Shown here: positions 1 to 9,599 of the stretch, piece by piece
Layout of the letters: every line of letters starts with the position of its first letter
Position numbering within the stretch: position 1 is the stretch's first letter
From: Dehalococcoidia bacterium
GTDB lineage: Bacteria; Chloroflexota; Dehalococcoidia; Lucifugimonadales; CBDEGW01
Direction of reading: 5' to 3'
DNA length: 64,000 bases
NCBI GenBank assembly: GCA_965237935.1
Contig: OZ250168.1
Location: 946,814 to 1,010,813, forward strand
The notes under the pieces: generated by a model
Seen by the model: the letters and a program-made list of their open reading frames with translations, nothing else
The model's database searches: none
Told to the model about the DNA's origin: nothing
Position numbers and translations under genes: made by a program

Positions 1-300
1 CGGAGTGGGGATCCGCGTGTTGGAGAAGGCTACCTTCTCGAATAGCTTCTGGCGCACCTGCCGCACAAACGCAGGGTCCAGCGACAGCACTATCTTGAGG
101 AAGGCTGCTATCGACCTGTCGTCCTTGTTTAAGACCTCTGTGGGCAGGGACAGAGCCTGGGACTTGCCCAGCTCGTGCCTGATCGCTTCCAGCAAGTCGA
201 AGCCCGCCATCGCCGGCAGCTTGGACACAGCAAATCGTGTCCCGCCGATCTCGAACTCGGTCTTTGTTAGGTCTCCGCCTATTCCGTTCAGCGTTACCAT
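1..300 (-). CDS. Probable tail assembly chaperone (partial, runs off window)
   Basis: Open minus frame from ATG at 300 (MVTLNGIGGDLTKTEFEIGGTRFAVSKLPAMAGFDLL...), directly after the tube gene. Confidence 0.6.
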   Translation of the reverse strand, partial: MVTLNGIGGDLTKTEFEIGGTRFAVSKLPAMAGFDLLEAIRHELGKSQALSLPTEVLNKDDRSIAAFLKIVLSLDPAFVRQVRQKLFEKVAFSNTRIPTP

Positions 301-768
301 CTAGTTTCCCCCTTGCGGCTCTAGCAGCGGCAAGTCTGCGAAGTTCACCTTGGTGAAGTTGGGGATGATCTGCTCGAACTCCCACGTGAAGGTGGGATTG
401 CCCACTTCACCCTTGCCCATCGTGTACCACAAAGGGCCAGAGACGAGGATGCCCCGACTGAGCGTAACGCTAGCGCCGGTCTTGCCGTGTATTACGCTAC
501 CGTCCCAGATCACTTCGGCCTTATCCACCAGAATCCGCGTCACCTGAGTCATGAAGAACGGCACCGAGGGGGAGTTGGGCATCAGCTTGAGCGTTACCGG
601 GCCGCCCCTATCTCCTGTGCTGAATGCCGCCATCTTTCCAGTCGCGCCGCGCCGGACGCTGGCGAACTCGAATGCGTCCGGCAGTGTGAGGGCGTCCGTG
701 TCCTCAGACCAGCCCTTCACGGTGTGGCCGTTTAGCGTAACCGTTATGTCTTGCAACGAATAAAACAT
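301..768 (-). CDS. Tail tube protein (DUF3277-like)
   Basis: MFYSLQDITVTLNGHTVKGW...; follows the sheath gene; GGAGGAAG RBS before ATG 768. Confidence 0.75.
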   Translation of the reverse strand: MFYSLQDITVTLNGHTVKGWSEDTDALTLPDAFEFASVRRGATGKMAAFSTGDRGGPVTLKLMPNSPSVPFFMTQVTRILVDKAEVIWDGSVIHGKTGASVTLSRGILVSGPLWYTMGKGEVGNPTFTWEFEQIIPNFTKVNFADLPLLEPQGGN

Positions 769-779
769 TGTTCTTCCTC

Positions 780-3700
780 CTACCCGGTGAATACCAGTCC
801 TATGGTTATGTGGTGCATGGCTCCGCTGCCCTTCAACCATACCCGGATCGTCGGGCTCCTGCGAGCGTCACGGTCTATCTGTAGCTGATCTGCTATGGAG
901 CCTATTACCACCAGATACCCCGTTGGCAGGAAGCCATCGAAGGCCGGGTTATTCGAGGCCAGCCGTATGTCGTTAGCGACCGTCTCGGACACTCGGCCCG
1001 GAGCGATGCCGCCGTTCCTGCGGCCCGCCTCACACACCCGCTCGATGGCTGCCTCTATGCTGGCCAGTCCCTCGGCTGTCTGCGGCACCCTCGTGGGGTG
1101 TTGCCTGAGCAGGGTGTACACCTCGCTCTGAATAGCCTTGGTGATCCAGTCCAGCCAGTACCGCACGTCGATCCAGTCCCCGGCTTGCGTCCATCCCTCG
1201 GCGAAGATGGCATCCGGGCCGAAGCGGGTGTAGTACCCGACCCACTTCCGGTCCAGCTCCTTCTTCTGAGCAGCCGTTACGATGTCCGAGACGGTCCTAG
1301 GCAGGCTCTTGAACTTGGGCGTGATTAGTGTGTCCTCTCCATCGAAGTTCACGCTGGAGAGCCTCCCGGCCAGCGACAGAGCCTTGTTGTCCCTGGTTCT
1401 AGACCAGACCAGGAAGGTCCTCTGCTGCTCTAGGGCGGATAGCTGCGCCGCCAGGCTGGTGGACTCGTTAGGCGTCAGGACACCCTCGTCCACCACATCC
1501 AACGCCAGCATGTGGGCCTTGGCCTGAACCCACCGAGACAGGGAGAGCAGGTCTGCCCCCGTGGTGATGCTCGAGTCCACCGTAACGAAGTACCAGCCAT
1601 CGTCCAGCCCGCTGATGGCGTCCATGGCCTCCCCGATGGTTTCGGACGCGTGGCCCGGGTCGATGCTGCCGCCAGAGGCGTTATCCAGCCCCAGAGCGGA
1701 AGCCGCTCCTTGGGCTACATCCACCTTGAAGCCGTTGATGGGGTAGGGATCGCCATTAGTGCGAAATCCCAGGCTCGCTCGGAAGAAGTCGGCGGGATCG
1801 TATTCGACCGACGCGCTGCGCAGATCTGCCCGGCCTGATGCTGTCACGGCACGCAAGGCAGTCTGGACGATGTTGGCCACGTCGTCGTAAGACGCGGCAC
1901 CGGTGAAGTCCAAGCCGGAGATGGTGTAACCCTGCCAAGTGAGAGAGCCGGCTCCTATGCCGTCCACCCCAGTGGTGATTTCTACTGTACCCAGGCCCAG
2001 TTCGTCGGCATGCTCTCCAGTGAAGGGGCCGCTCACCTCAGTGGCGGACCCGTCTAAGCCAAGAGGAAGGGTGAGGACGAACTGCGAGCCATCGTGCTCC
2101 ACCTCTACCGCATCAAGGGTGGCGACGGAGCTTCCCCGCAGAGCGTTCTGGACCACAGCAGCCACATCATCGTATCCCGCCACGGAGCTGAAGTCCAGAC
2201 CAGTAAGGCTTGCACCGTGGAACATCACGCTGCCGGACACGATGGCATCCACACCGTTGACGATGGTGGCGGTGTCCAAGCCCAACTCGTCGGCGTTGTC
2301 CCCAGTGAAGGCCGCGGTGACGCTGGTCGCCGCTCCCTGGCTGTCCAAGTGGATTATCACGACGAACACCCCGCCTTGATAGGCCACCTCCACGGAAGCC
2401 AGGGCCGTCACAGGTGCAGCGCGGAGAGCATCCTGGAGCACGGAGGCCACATCGTCGTAGTCGGTGACGGCGGAGAAATCCAGGCCGGTCAACGTCTGGC
2501 TCAGGAAGGTAACGCTGCCGGACACGATGGCATCCACACCGTTGACGATGGTGGCGGTGTCCAAGCCCAACTCGTCGACGTTGTCCCCAGTGAAGGCCCC
2601 GCTGACGCTGGTTGCCGCTCCCTGGCTGTCCAAGGGGATTATGACGACGAACACCCCGCCTTGATAGGCCACCTCCACGGAAGCCAGGGCCGTCACAGAT
2701 GCAGCGCGGAGAGCATCCTGGAGCACGGAGGCCACGTCGTCGTAGTCCGTGACGGCGGAGAAGTCCAGACTGGAGAAGGTCTCATCCAGGAGCGTAACGC
2801 TCCCGGACTGTATGGCGCTTACGCCGTCCACTATGGTTGCAGTGTCGAGACCCAGCTCGTCGGACTCGCTCCCAGTAAACGCCGCACTGACGCTGGTGGC
2901 CGCCCCGCTGCTGTTTAGAGGGATCGTCACGACGAACGCAGACCCGTCGTAGACAACCTCCACCTCATCGAGGCTGGTGGCGGGCGTTGCCCTGAGCGCC
3001 GTCTGAAGCACGGAGGCCACGCCGTCGTAGTCGGTGACGGCGGAGAAGTCCAGGCCCGTCAAGGCTTGGCTGAGGAACGTAACGCCGCCAGACTTGATGG
3101 CATCCACACCGTTGACGATGGTGGCGGTGTCCAGGCCCAGCTCGTCGGCGTCATCGCCGGTGAAGGCGGCGCTTGCAGTGGGCACAACCCCGCTGCTGTC
3201 TAGAGGCAGAGTGACGACAAACGCCGAGGCGGTGCTGTCGTAGACAACCTCCACGTTGTCCAGGTCCGTGGAGCTGGTGGCCCTGAGCGCCGTCTGGAGC
3301 ACAGAGGCCACATCGTCGTAGTCGGTCACGTCGGAGAAGTCCAAGCCGGTCAACGTCTGGCTCAGGAAGGTCACGGTACCGCTGGTGATGGCGTCGACGC
3401 CGTTGACGATGGTTGCGGTATCCAACCCTAGCTCATCTGCGTCGTCCCCGGTGAACGCCGCGCTGACACTGGTTGCCGCCCCGCTGCTGGCTAGAGGGAT
3501 CGTCACGACGAACGCAGACCCGTCGTAGACAACCTCCACCTCATCGAGGCTGGTGGCGGGCGTTGCCCTGAGCGCCGTCTGAAGCACGGAGGCCACACCG
3601 TCGTAGTCGGTGACGCCGGAGAAGTCCAGGCCCGTCAACGTCTGGCTCAGGAAGGTAACGGTACCGGACACGATGGCATCCACACCGTTGACGATGGTGG

Positions 3701-4682
3701 CGGTGTCCAGGCCCAGCTCGTCGGCGTCATCGCCGGTGAAGGCGGCGCTTGCGGTGGGCACAACCCCAGTAGTGGAGTCCAGAGGCAGCGTCACGACAAA
3801 CACCGACCCGTCGTAGGCGACTTCCACCTCATCGAGGCTGGTGGCGGACGTTGCCCTGAGCGCCGTCTGGAGCACAGATGCCACATCGTCGTAGTCCGTC
3901 ACGCTGGAGAAGTCCAGGCCCGTCAACGTCTGGCTCAGGAAGGTAACGGTACCGCTGGTGATGCCCTGAAGCGTTGTAAGGGACGCCACCGTCCCCGTGC
4001 CGGTGACTACGGTGGCGCGTCCATGGAAGTTGACCAGATCAGCCACCGTCCCCGTGCCGGTCAGCATGGTGGCGCGACCGTGGAAGTTGACAAGGTCAGC
4101 AACCGTCCCCGTGCCTATCAGCACGGTGGCGCGTCCATGGAAGTTGACCAGATCAGCCACCATGCCCGTGCCGGTCAGCACGGTGACGCGACCGTGGAAG
4201 TTGACCAGATCAGCCACCATGCCCGTGCCGGTGACTACGGTGGCGCGTCCGTAGAAGTTGACCAAATCAGCCACCATCCCCGCGCTGGTCAGCACCGTGG
4301 CGCGTCCGTGGAACGTATCCAGCGACGCCACAGTACCGCTGCCCCTGACCACGGTGGAGCTGCCGGTTATCTGCTCCAAAGCTCTGGGGCTGCCCCCGGT
4401 CAGCCTAGCCGACTCCCTCGTGTTGATCCAGCGGCCTATCACCAGGTTCCGGGGATAGGGAACCTGAGAGAAGTACACCTGGGCGGCCTGGTAGGAACCG
4501 GAGCCCGGAGTGAACGTCCGAGCCACCTCGTCCATGCTGGCAAAGACCCCTACCCTGCCCGCACCAGCGTCCATTGTGGGGTCGGTGGTGAGCAGCAGCG
4601 TTCTCCCGAACTCTCTGCCCCCAGCGCCACGGGGCGCTATCTGCGCCCTTACCTCTACGATGTCCTGTATGCCAAGAGTCAT
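780..4682 (-). CDS. Contractile tail sheath protein, DUF3383-like, greatly expanded (1300 aa)
   Basis: N-terminal YFSQVPYPRNLVIGRW; C-terminal WIDVRYWLDW, VPQTAEG, RDARRSP, GAMHHITI motifs; located before the tube gene. Confidence 0.9.
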   Translation of the reverse strand: MTLGIQDIVEVRAQIAPRGAGGREFGRTLLLTTDPTMDAGAGRVGVFASMDEVARTFTPGSGSYQAAQVYFSQVPYPRNLVIGRWINTRESARLTGGSPRALEQITGSSTVVRGSGTVASLDTFHGRATVLTSAGMVADLVNFYGRATVVTGTGMVADLVNFHGRVTVLTGTGMVADLVNFHGRATVLIGTGTVADLVNFHGRATMLTGTGTVADLVNFHGRATVVTGTGTVASLTTLQGITSGTVTFLSQTLTGLDFSSVTDYDDVASVLQTALRATSATSLDEVEVAYDGSVFVVTLPLDSTTGVVPTASAAFTGDDADELGLDTATIVNGVDAIVSGTVTFLSQTLTGLDFSGVTDYDGVASVLQTALRATPATSLDEVEVVYDGSAFVVTIPLASSGAATSVSAAFTGDDADELGLDTATIVNGVDAITSGTVTFLSQTLTGLDFSDVTDYDDVASVLQTALRATSSTDLDNVEVVYDSTASAFVVTLPLDSSGVVPTASAAFTGDDADELGLDTATIVNGVDAIKSGGVTFLSQALTGLDFSAVTDYDGVASVLQTALRATPATSLDEVEVVYDGSAFVVTIPLNSSGAATSVSAAFTGSESDELGLDTATIVDGVSAIQSGSVTLLDETFSSLDFSAVTDYDDVASVLQDALRAASVTALASVEVAYQGGVFVVIIPLDSQGAATSVSGAFTGDNVDELGLDTATIVNGVDAIVSGSVTFLSQTLTGLDFSAVTDYDDVASVLQDALRAAPVTALASVEVAYQGGVFVVIIHLDSQGAATSVTAAFTGDNADELGLDTATIVNGVDAIVSGSVMFHGASLTGLDFSSVAGYDDVAAVVQNALRGSSVATLDAVEVEHDGSQFVLTLPLGLDGSATEVSGPFTGEHADELGLGTVEITTGVDGIGAGSLTWQGYTISGLDFTGAASYDDVANIVQTALRAVTASGRADLRSASVEYDPADFFRASLGFRTNGDPYPINGFKVDVAQGAASALGLDNASGGSIDPGHASETIGEAMDAISGLDDGWYFVTVDSSITTGADLLSLSRWVQAKAHMLALDVVDEGVLTPNESTSLAAQLSALEQQRTFLVWSRTRDNKALSLAGRLSSVNFDGEDTLITPKFKSLPRTVSDIVTAAQKKELDRKWVGYYTRFGPDAIFAEGWTQAGDWIDVRYWLDWITKAIQSEVYTLLRQHPTRVPQTAEGLASIEAAIERVCEAGRRNGGIAPGRVSETVANDIRLASNNPAFDGFLPTGYLVVIGSIADQLQIDRDARRSPTIRVWLKGSGAMHHITIGLVFTG
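1641..3965 (-). repeat. Eight tandem ~95-105 aa units in the sheath (xLDF...YDDVA...ELGL)
   Basis: Eight G/SLDF motifs counted in the translation; ~285-300 bp DNA repeats. Confidence 0.95.
3966..4418 (-). repeat. 57-bp (19-aa) repeats GRATVxTGTGxVADLVNFH: seven clear units plus one divergent native unit
   Basis: Units start at 3966, 4023, 4080, 4137, 4194, 4251, 4308; divergent RESARLTGGSPRALEQIT at ~4365-4418. Confidence 0.9.
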
Positions 4683-4685
4683 TGT

Positions 4686-5219
4686 CTAAACCTCCACTGT
4701 AATGGTCTCGGTGCTACCACCTGCCCCGATCTCGATGGGTGCGGCCTTCAGGTAATCCACCGTCTGGTCGATCCTCTGCGTGTAGCCAACGTCAATGTCC
4801 AGCCCGGCTCGCTGCTCCCAGGCCCCCGATACCACGTCGTCGAGCTGCCGAACGTCCGATACACGCAGCACGGTCAGATCAGCCTTTTGAGCCTGCGCCA
4901 CCCCTTCCGGTGACCAGGCCCACACCGACAGCCTTGTGGCCGCGTCGTGTGCTCCGGTGCGGAACCACTGAACCGAGTACCTCCCTCGAACCGTCGCTAT
5001 TGTCGGAGCGTCCAGGGCTGCCCCGCCTGGGGCAAGGCTCATCACGGTTGCCGGTACCCCCTCGATGGCCTGGTGAATCAGCACCAGTGACGCGAACAAC
5101 CCGTCCGGCACGGGAGTACCTTTGTTGCCGGACAGCACACTGTTGTAGTCAAGGCCCGACCCTGCCGCGACAAGCTCCGCCACGGCATCCTCAAGTCTGG
5201 CTGTCGTTGGCGCGATCAC
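4686..5219 (-). CDS. Phage neck/tail terminator protein
   Basis: Position before the sheath; C-terminal WEQRAGLDIDVGY. Confidence 0.65.
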   Translation of the reverse strand: MIAPTTARLEDAVAELVAAGSGLDYNSVLSGNKGTPVPDGLFASLVLIHQAIEGVPATVMSLAPGGAALDAPTIATVRGRYSVQWFRTGAHDAATRLSVWAWSPEGVAQAQKADLTVLRVSDVRQLDDVVSGAWEQRAGLDIDVGYTQRIDQTVDYLKAAPIEIGAGGSTETITVEV

Positions 5220-5571
5220 TGGCCCTCCCCCCGGACTCCCAGGACTTCGACAAACCCCGGCCAAGCCTCGACGTGCTGCGCCCTGTAGGAAACGCCTCCG
5301 TACTCGATCACGTCTCCCCCAGAAGCATTCGCACCCACACCGACCGGCTCAACCTTCACTCCCTCGATCCAGAACGTCCTCGACTCAGAGAGACGTGTGC
5401 CTTCGGGCAACATCTGACGCATCTTGGCCGCGTCGGGCGGTGCGCTCACCACGGTTATTTCAGTCCGCTTCTCTGCGCCCGGCACCGGCCTGCGATTGAC
5501 GATCTCATCGGGCCTCTCTGAATCAGTGTGGCCGGTTCCTTGAGTCGTTTGCTGGCGAAGAACCTGCTCAC
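5216..5571 (-). pseudogene. Head-closure/head-tail joining protein with a 1-nt frameshift near 5510
   Basis: GGAGG-led GTG at 5571 gives MSRFFASKRLKEPATLIQRGP; the C-terminal part (DEIVNRR...GDVIEYGGVSYR) is in another frame; span 356 nt. Confidence 0.6.
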
Positions 5572-5587
5572 CGCTCCACCTCCCATT

Positions 5588-5616
5588 TGACACGCTGTCC
5601 CTTATGTGAGACAATG
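5588..5616 (+). promoter_or_regulatory. Sigma70-type promoter, leaderless toxin transcript
   Basis: TTGACA-17-GACAAT, 6 nt before ATG 5622; no SD. Confidence 0.65.
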
Positions 5617-5621
5617 CGGGT

Positions 5622-5909
5622 ATGGAGCTCGTCTACACGGAGGTCTTCGAGGAGTGGCTCATTGGACTGCGTGACCTCCGTGCTAGAGCGTCGATCCTTA
5701 CCCGTCTGGAGCGCATTGAGGACGGCAACTTTGGCGACCACAGATCGGTTGGCGGCGGCATCAGCGAGCTTCGAGTCAATGTCGGCCAGGGCTACCGCGT
5801 CTACTACACCATTCGCCAGCAGACGGTCGTCATCCTGCTCTGTGGCGGAGACAAGGCCAGCCAAAGGCGAGATATACGGCAAGCCCAGCAGATGGCGAAG
5901 GAGGTTTAG
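5622..5909 (+). CDS. RelE/HigB-like addiction module toxin (HI1419 type)
   Basis: GNFGDHRSVGGGISELRVNVGQGYRVYY...LLCGGDKASQRRDI. Confidence 0.9.
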   Translation: MELVYTEVFEEWLIGLRDLRARASILTRLERIEDGNFGDHRSVGGGISELRVNVGQGYRVYYTIRQQTVVILLCGGDKASQRRDIRQAQQMAKEV

Positions 5910-6203
5910 GTGAGCACGATCAAACTCAAGAAATTCGATGTGGTGGATTTCCTCGACTCCGACGAGGCGTTGGTCGAGTACCTCAACGCCGCCCTGGAGG
6001 AACATGACCCCAGGTACTTCGCCAAGGCCCTCGGCAACGTGGCGCGGGCCAAAGGCATGACCTCCGTCGCCGAGTCCAGCGGATTGGGAAGGCAAGCGCT
6101 CTATCGCGCCCTTTCCAGCGACGGCAATCCTCGCATCGAGACCCTGTTCAAGGTCTTGGAGGCCCTGAACGTCCGGCTGGCCATCAGCCAGCAGCCTGGT
6201 TAG
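5910..6203 (+). CDS. HTH addiction module antitoxin (HI1420 type)
   Basis: FDVVDFLDS...EYLNAALE...ALYRALSSDGNPRIETL. Confidence 0.9.
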   Translation: MSTIKLKKFDVVDFLDSDEALVEYLNAALEEHDPRYFAKALGNVARAKGMTSVAESSGLGRQALYRALSSDGNPRIETLFKVLEALNVRLAISQQPG

Positions 6204-6214
6204 GACCGTCGGAC

Positions 6215-6960
6215 TCACTGCTCCACCTCCCAGGCGACGGCATCCAACATTGATTCCCTCGTAAAAACCCGTTTTGAGGAAGTTCCAGCGATTCAGCACA
6301 TCTGAGCGCTACCGTATGTTGGGCTAGTATACGGAACAGAGACTGTATATTGTACCCAGGCGCGGGTACGTTTGTTCTAATTCGGCCTGCACAGACTTTT
6401 TACGAGAGAATCAACATTGCCCCTGTATCGATAAGCGGGGTCTCTCCACCGCCAGTCCCCTTCTTGCCATGTAGCTTATTCCGCTTCTGGGCGATGGTCG
6501 CTGGGGAATTAGGCGGATCGTTGAGAGCGATGATGCTATCTCGAATCTTTCCTTGAACATACTCACCCACTCGGCCCGCAAGCTGCTCATCAACCACAAT
6601 CTTCTCGGTTTCTATTCCTTTTGCGAGAATATTGGAGACCCCGCGCTCGGCCTCTGCCAAGGCGTTGCGGAAGAAGGGCCATTCCGGGACACCGGGATGC
6701 TGGACCGACTTCGCAAACACTGTCTGTCCTTCGCTCCCCGTAAATGCGAGCACTTTCGCTTCTTTCGGGGCAATGGTGTGCGGGCCTGTCCCGAACTCGT
6801 TCCAGGCTGCTACCGCAGCCACAGGGGTGCCATCCTGGTACCTGGCCGTCGAGAAGAACCCGACCTTGACGCCTGAGACGCCGCCCTTGCCGGCCTCCCG
6901 CAGCAGTCTTTGGAGCTTCTTGCCCCCGCGCCGCTGGACTTTCACGCTTACTCTTGCCAT
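6215..6960 (-). pseudogene. Phage neck/virion morphogenesis protein, C-terminus interrupted by MITE
   Basis: VAAWNEFGT, PFFR, PLIDTG motifs; removing the MITE restores IDTGAMLDAVAWEVEQ*. Confidence 0.8.
6250..6414. mobile_element. 165-bp MITE copy 1
   Basis: 18-bp TIR TTGATTCYCTCGTAAAAA; empty site CAA-CA-TTG. Confidence 0.9.
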
Positions 6961-7169
6961 CGTTCCGCCTCTCTCGGCTTACCGCTCCAAAAACCCGTTA
7001 GCCTGGCCCAGAACCCCGTGGGCGTCATCAGCCGATAGGCCAGCTCCAAGGCCGCCAGGGCTTCATCCTCGGTGTCGTAGCTGGTAACTGACATGGCGAT
7101 AGTCAAGCCATGTTCATCATTGACGAACCACCGATATCGTTCCCGTTGTGACTTGCGTATTACGATCAT
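6948..7169 (-). CDS. Small DUF1508/YegP-like protein
   Basis: YRWFVNDEHGLTIAMSVTSYDTEDEA pattern. Confidence 0.5.
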   Translation of the reverse strand: MIVIRKSQRERYRWFVNDEHGLTIAMSVTSYDTEDEALAALELAYRLMTPTGFWARLTGFWSGKPREAERWQE

Positions 7170-7457
7170 CTAGCTATCTCCACCACGATGCTGCACCTTG
7201 ACCTTGCTCGCTCACAGCACCCCCAGCAGCTCCAGCAAATTGGAGCCGACTACTTCGCCCAAAAGGACGAAGAGCACGATGTCGCGCACCTTCAGACCCA
7301 GGGGCAGCTTCACGGCTCGCTCCTCAACCGCCTCTCCGTTCCCGGTCAGGCGGTGCGTGTGCAACGATGTACGCAGCTCATCCATCTTGTCGTCAATCGA
7401 CTCGAACTTGCCCCGCAGCTCCCGGAGGTCCTGGGCTAACTGCTTGGTGAGCTCTAG

Positions 7458-9016
7458 CAACCCGTCCGAGGATTACTGGAGCAGGTTAGCTGGACAGCCG
7501 GATTTAGCTGGAGAAAGCCATCCGGGGGCAGGGTGGGTTTGTGAATGTTGAGAAATTCAAGAGGAACTTGCCGGCTGCAAGCTGAGGAGACTTTCGGGTG
7601 GGGGTTCTGCCGGTGCCTCGTCCATTGCCGGCGCGCCCGGCACCATACCGGAACAGCTTCAGCAGGTTGTGGCCCGTGCAGATCAGATGCCATTCCCGGT
7701 TCACCTTCGCCAGACCCCGCAACAGGAACTGCCGAAAGCCCCGGCCCTGCTTGATCTGGCCGAACACCGGTTCAACCGTCTCCATCCGAAGGGCGTAGCG
7801 CTCACGTCCCCGTTTCGTCCGCAGCTTGCGGCGCATTCGGTCCCTGACGGACAGTCCCTTGGGTATGCGGCCACGGGGCGCCGGTGGCGGCACCCAGCCG
7901 TGGCGGGTCTTCTCCGGCGCGACGAACGGGTCCACTCCCAGGTTGTATAGGCCATCCACCGCCTTGGCCGAGTAGTACCCGGCGTCGGCGGATACTTCTT
8001 TCGGCACCGCGCCGGTGTTATTCACGGTCTCCTCAATCATGCTCACGGCCTGACCCTTGTCCGAGGGCTGGTTGGTGGCACGGGCCGCCACGATCACCTG
8101 GTGGGCGCTGTCCACCACCGCCTGACAGTTGTAGGACTGCTGGAAGTCCCGCCCTCCCGGGGCGGGCATGATGCGGGAGTCCGGGTCGGTGAAGTTCCGC
8201 TGCGCCTTGTCATCAGGCACCCCTGGATGATTCCGTCCTTCCCTCTCGGCCTGCCCCGCCTCTGCCAGGGCCTCGGCCTCCAGCGCTGCCTTGGCCTCCC
8301 TTATCTTCCGCAACCGGCTCTCCCGGAAGGCCAGTTCCTCCGGCAACTCATCCCCACGCTTGTCTTTGCCGTAGCGGCGGTCCTCGTCATCGTCCACCTC
8401 CCCGGCCCGCCGCAGCAACTCTGCCACCTCCGCCGCCAACTGCCCTTCCCTCTCCCTCATCCGCCCGTAGCTCATCGCCTTGTGCCTAGATGCGTTGGCC
8501 CTCACCTTGGTGCCGTCCAGCGCCACGTGCCCCAGCTTCACCAGTCCTGCCTGCTGGCACAGCTCCAGCACCTGCAGGAACAGGTTCCCCAACGCCTCCA
8601 GATGGTCCTTGCGGAAGTCGGAGATGGTGCGGAAGTCGGGCGTGTTGTTGGCTGCCAGCACCCGGAAGGCGATGTCCTCGTGGAGACGCTGGGCGATGCG
8701 CCGTGAGGATGCCACGCCGGTGCAGTAGCCGTAGAGCAGCACCTTGACCATCATCCTGGGATGATAGGGCGGGCCGCCCCGCCTTTCCTCCTCGTAGCGG
8801 GCGGTGATGGCCGAGAGGTCCAACTGGTCCACCACGTCGGAGATGAAGTAGGCCAGGTGGTCCGGCGGCAGCCATTCCTGGAGGGCCGCAGGCAGTAGTA
8901 ACTGCTGATCCGGATCGTAGGGAAGGTAAGTCTTGCTCATTGACCACTCCGCCCGTCTGATGCTCCGCCCCATCATACCCCCAACGGCTCACCAACCCTG
9001 TTTCTCGGACAGGCTG
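7458..9016 (-). mobile_element. IS1182-family insertion sequence
   Basis: TIR CAACCCGTCCGAG / CTCGGACAGGCTG; CTAG duplicated at 7454-7457 and 9017-9020. Confidence 0.9.
7504..8940 (-). CDS. IS1182-family transposase
   Basis: YHPRMMVKVLLYGY, SSRRI, PDFRTISDFR, ALDGTKV, ADAGY, VEPVFGQIK. Confidence 0.95.
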   Translation of the reverse strand: MSKTYLPYDPDQQLLLPAALQEWLPPDHLAYFISDVVDQLDLSAITARYEEERRGGPPYHPRMMVKVLLYGYCTGVASSRRIAQRLHEDIAFRVLAANNTPDFRTISDFRKDHLEALGNLFLQVLELCQQAGLVKLGHVALDGTKVRANASRHKAMSYGRMREREGQLAAEVAELLRRAGEVDDDEDRRYGKDKRGDELPEELAFRESRLRKIREAKAALEAEALAEAGQAEREGRNHPGVPDDKAQRNFTDPDSRIMPAPGGRDFQQSYNCQAVVDSAHQVIVAARATNQPSDKGQAVSMIEETVNNTGAVPKEVSADAGYYSAKAVDGLYNLGVDPFVAPEKTRHGWVPPPAPRGRIPKGLSVRDRMRRKLRTKRGRERYALRMETVEPVFGQIKQGRGFRQFLLRGLAKVNREWHLICTGHNLLKLFRYGAGRAGNGRGTGRTPTRKSPQLAAGKFLLNFSTFTNPPCPRMAFSS

Positions 9017-9037
9017 CTAGGGAAGCGTTCGTGGACA

Positions 9038-9586
9038 TTAGATTGGCACTCCCGTAGAGAGCTGCTTAAGGATGGCCTCCCGCTCCTTCGCGTAGTCGAG
9101 GTTCTGGGCCCTGTACGGACCCACGCTCTCCGACTGTAGCCCTGAGTAGGGAAGGCCCAACTGGACCAGGCGTATGATGGCCATCTTCCGCTGCGCATCG
9201 TCGTCCACCGGAGTGAACTCCAACTCAACTCGCTCACCCCAACACGAGCGAGTATGGCTGCCGTCCGCCAGCCGTTGTAGCATCCTTCCGCCATACCAAC
9301 TCCGATAGTCGTCGTCTGAGAGCACAACAGAGACGTTCCCGTCCGTCTCGGTCACCATGGCTATCTCCTTGACCGCCCTATGCGGGAACAGTCTGAAGCT
9401 TCCTCCTGGGTGTACCTCCGTCACCGGCCCGTCGATCTTGTGGGGACCGTAGCGGCTGACCACCTCGGCGTCAGCCTCCTCGATGAGCCGCGTTAGTAGC
9501 TCGTCTGCGTCGGTCGAGTTGGACCCGATGTGCTCCCGCACCTGATCGGCGGTAACCAAGCGCGGACGCGCTGGTCCAACAGTCAT
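9038..9586 (-). CDS. Head-tail adaptor/connector protein
   Basis: LVTADQVREHI...LLTRLIEEA...LQSESVGPY; position after the capsid gene. Confidence 0.7.
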   Translation of the reverse strand: MTVGPARPRLVTADQVREHIGSNSTDADELLTRLIEEADAEVVSRYGPHKIDGPVTEVHPGGSFRLFPHRAVKEIAMVTETDGNVSVVLSDDDYRSWYGGRMLQRLADGSHTRSCWGERVELEFTPVDDDAQRKMAIIRLVQLGLPYSGLQSESVGPYRAQNLDYAKEREAILKQLSTGVPI

Positions 9587-9599
9587 GGTCACCGTCGGG

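Larger units (their letters stand above)
7212..9038 (-). pseudogene. Small coiled-coil plus TM (holin-like) gene split by IS1182
   Basis: Removing the IS and one CTAG gives MSTNASLELTKQLAQDLRELRGK... from ATG 9038; hydrophobic C-terminus. Confidence 0.7.

Noticed and set aside
1641-4418. Diversity-generating retroelement template/variable repeats
   Set aside because: No reverse transcriptase is in the window, and the differences between repeats are not adenine-specific.
5568-6299. 243-aa minus-strand ORF, and 17140-17529 with the same N-terminus
   Set aside because: Both start inside the MITE and run antisense to real genes.
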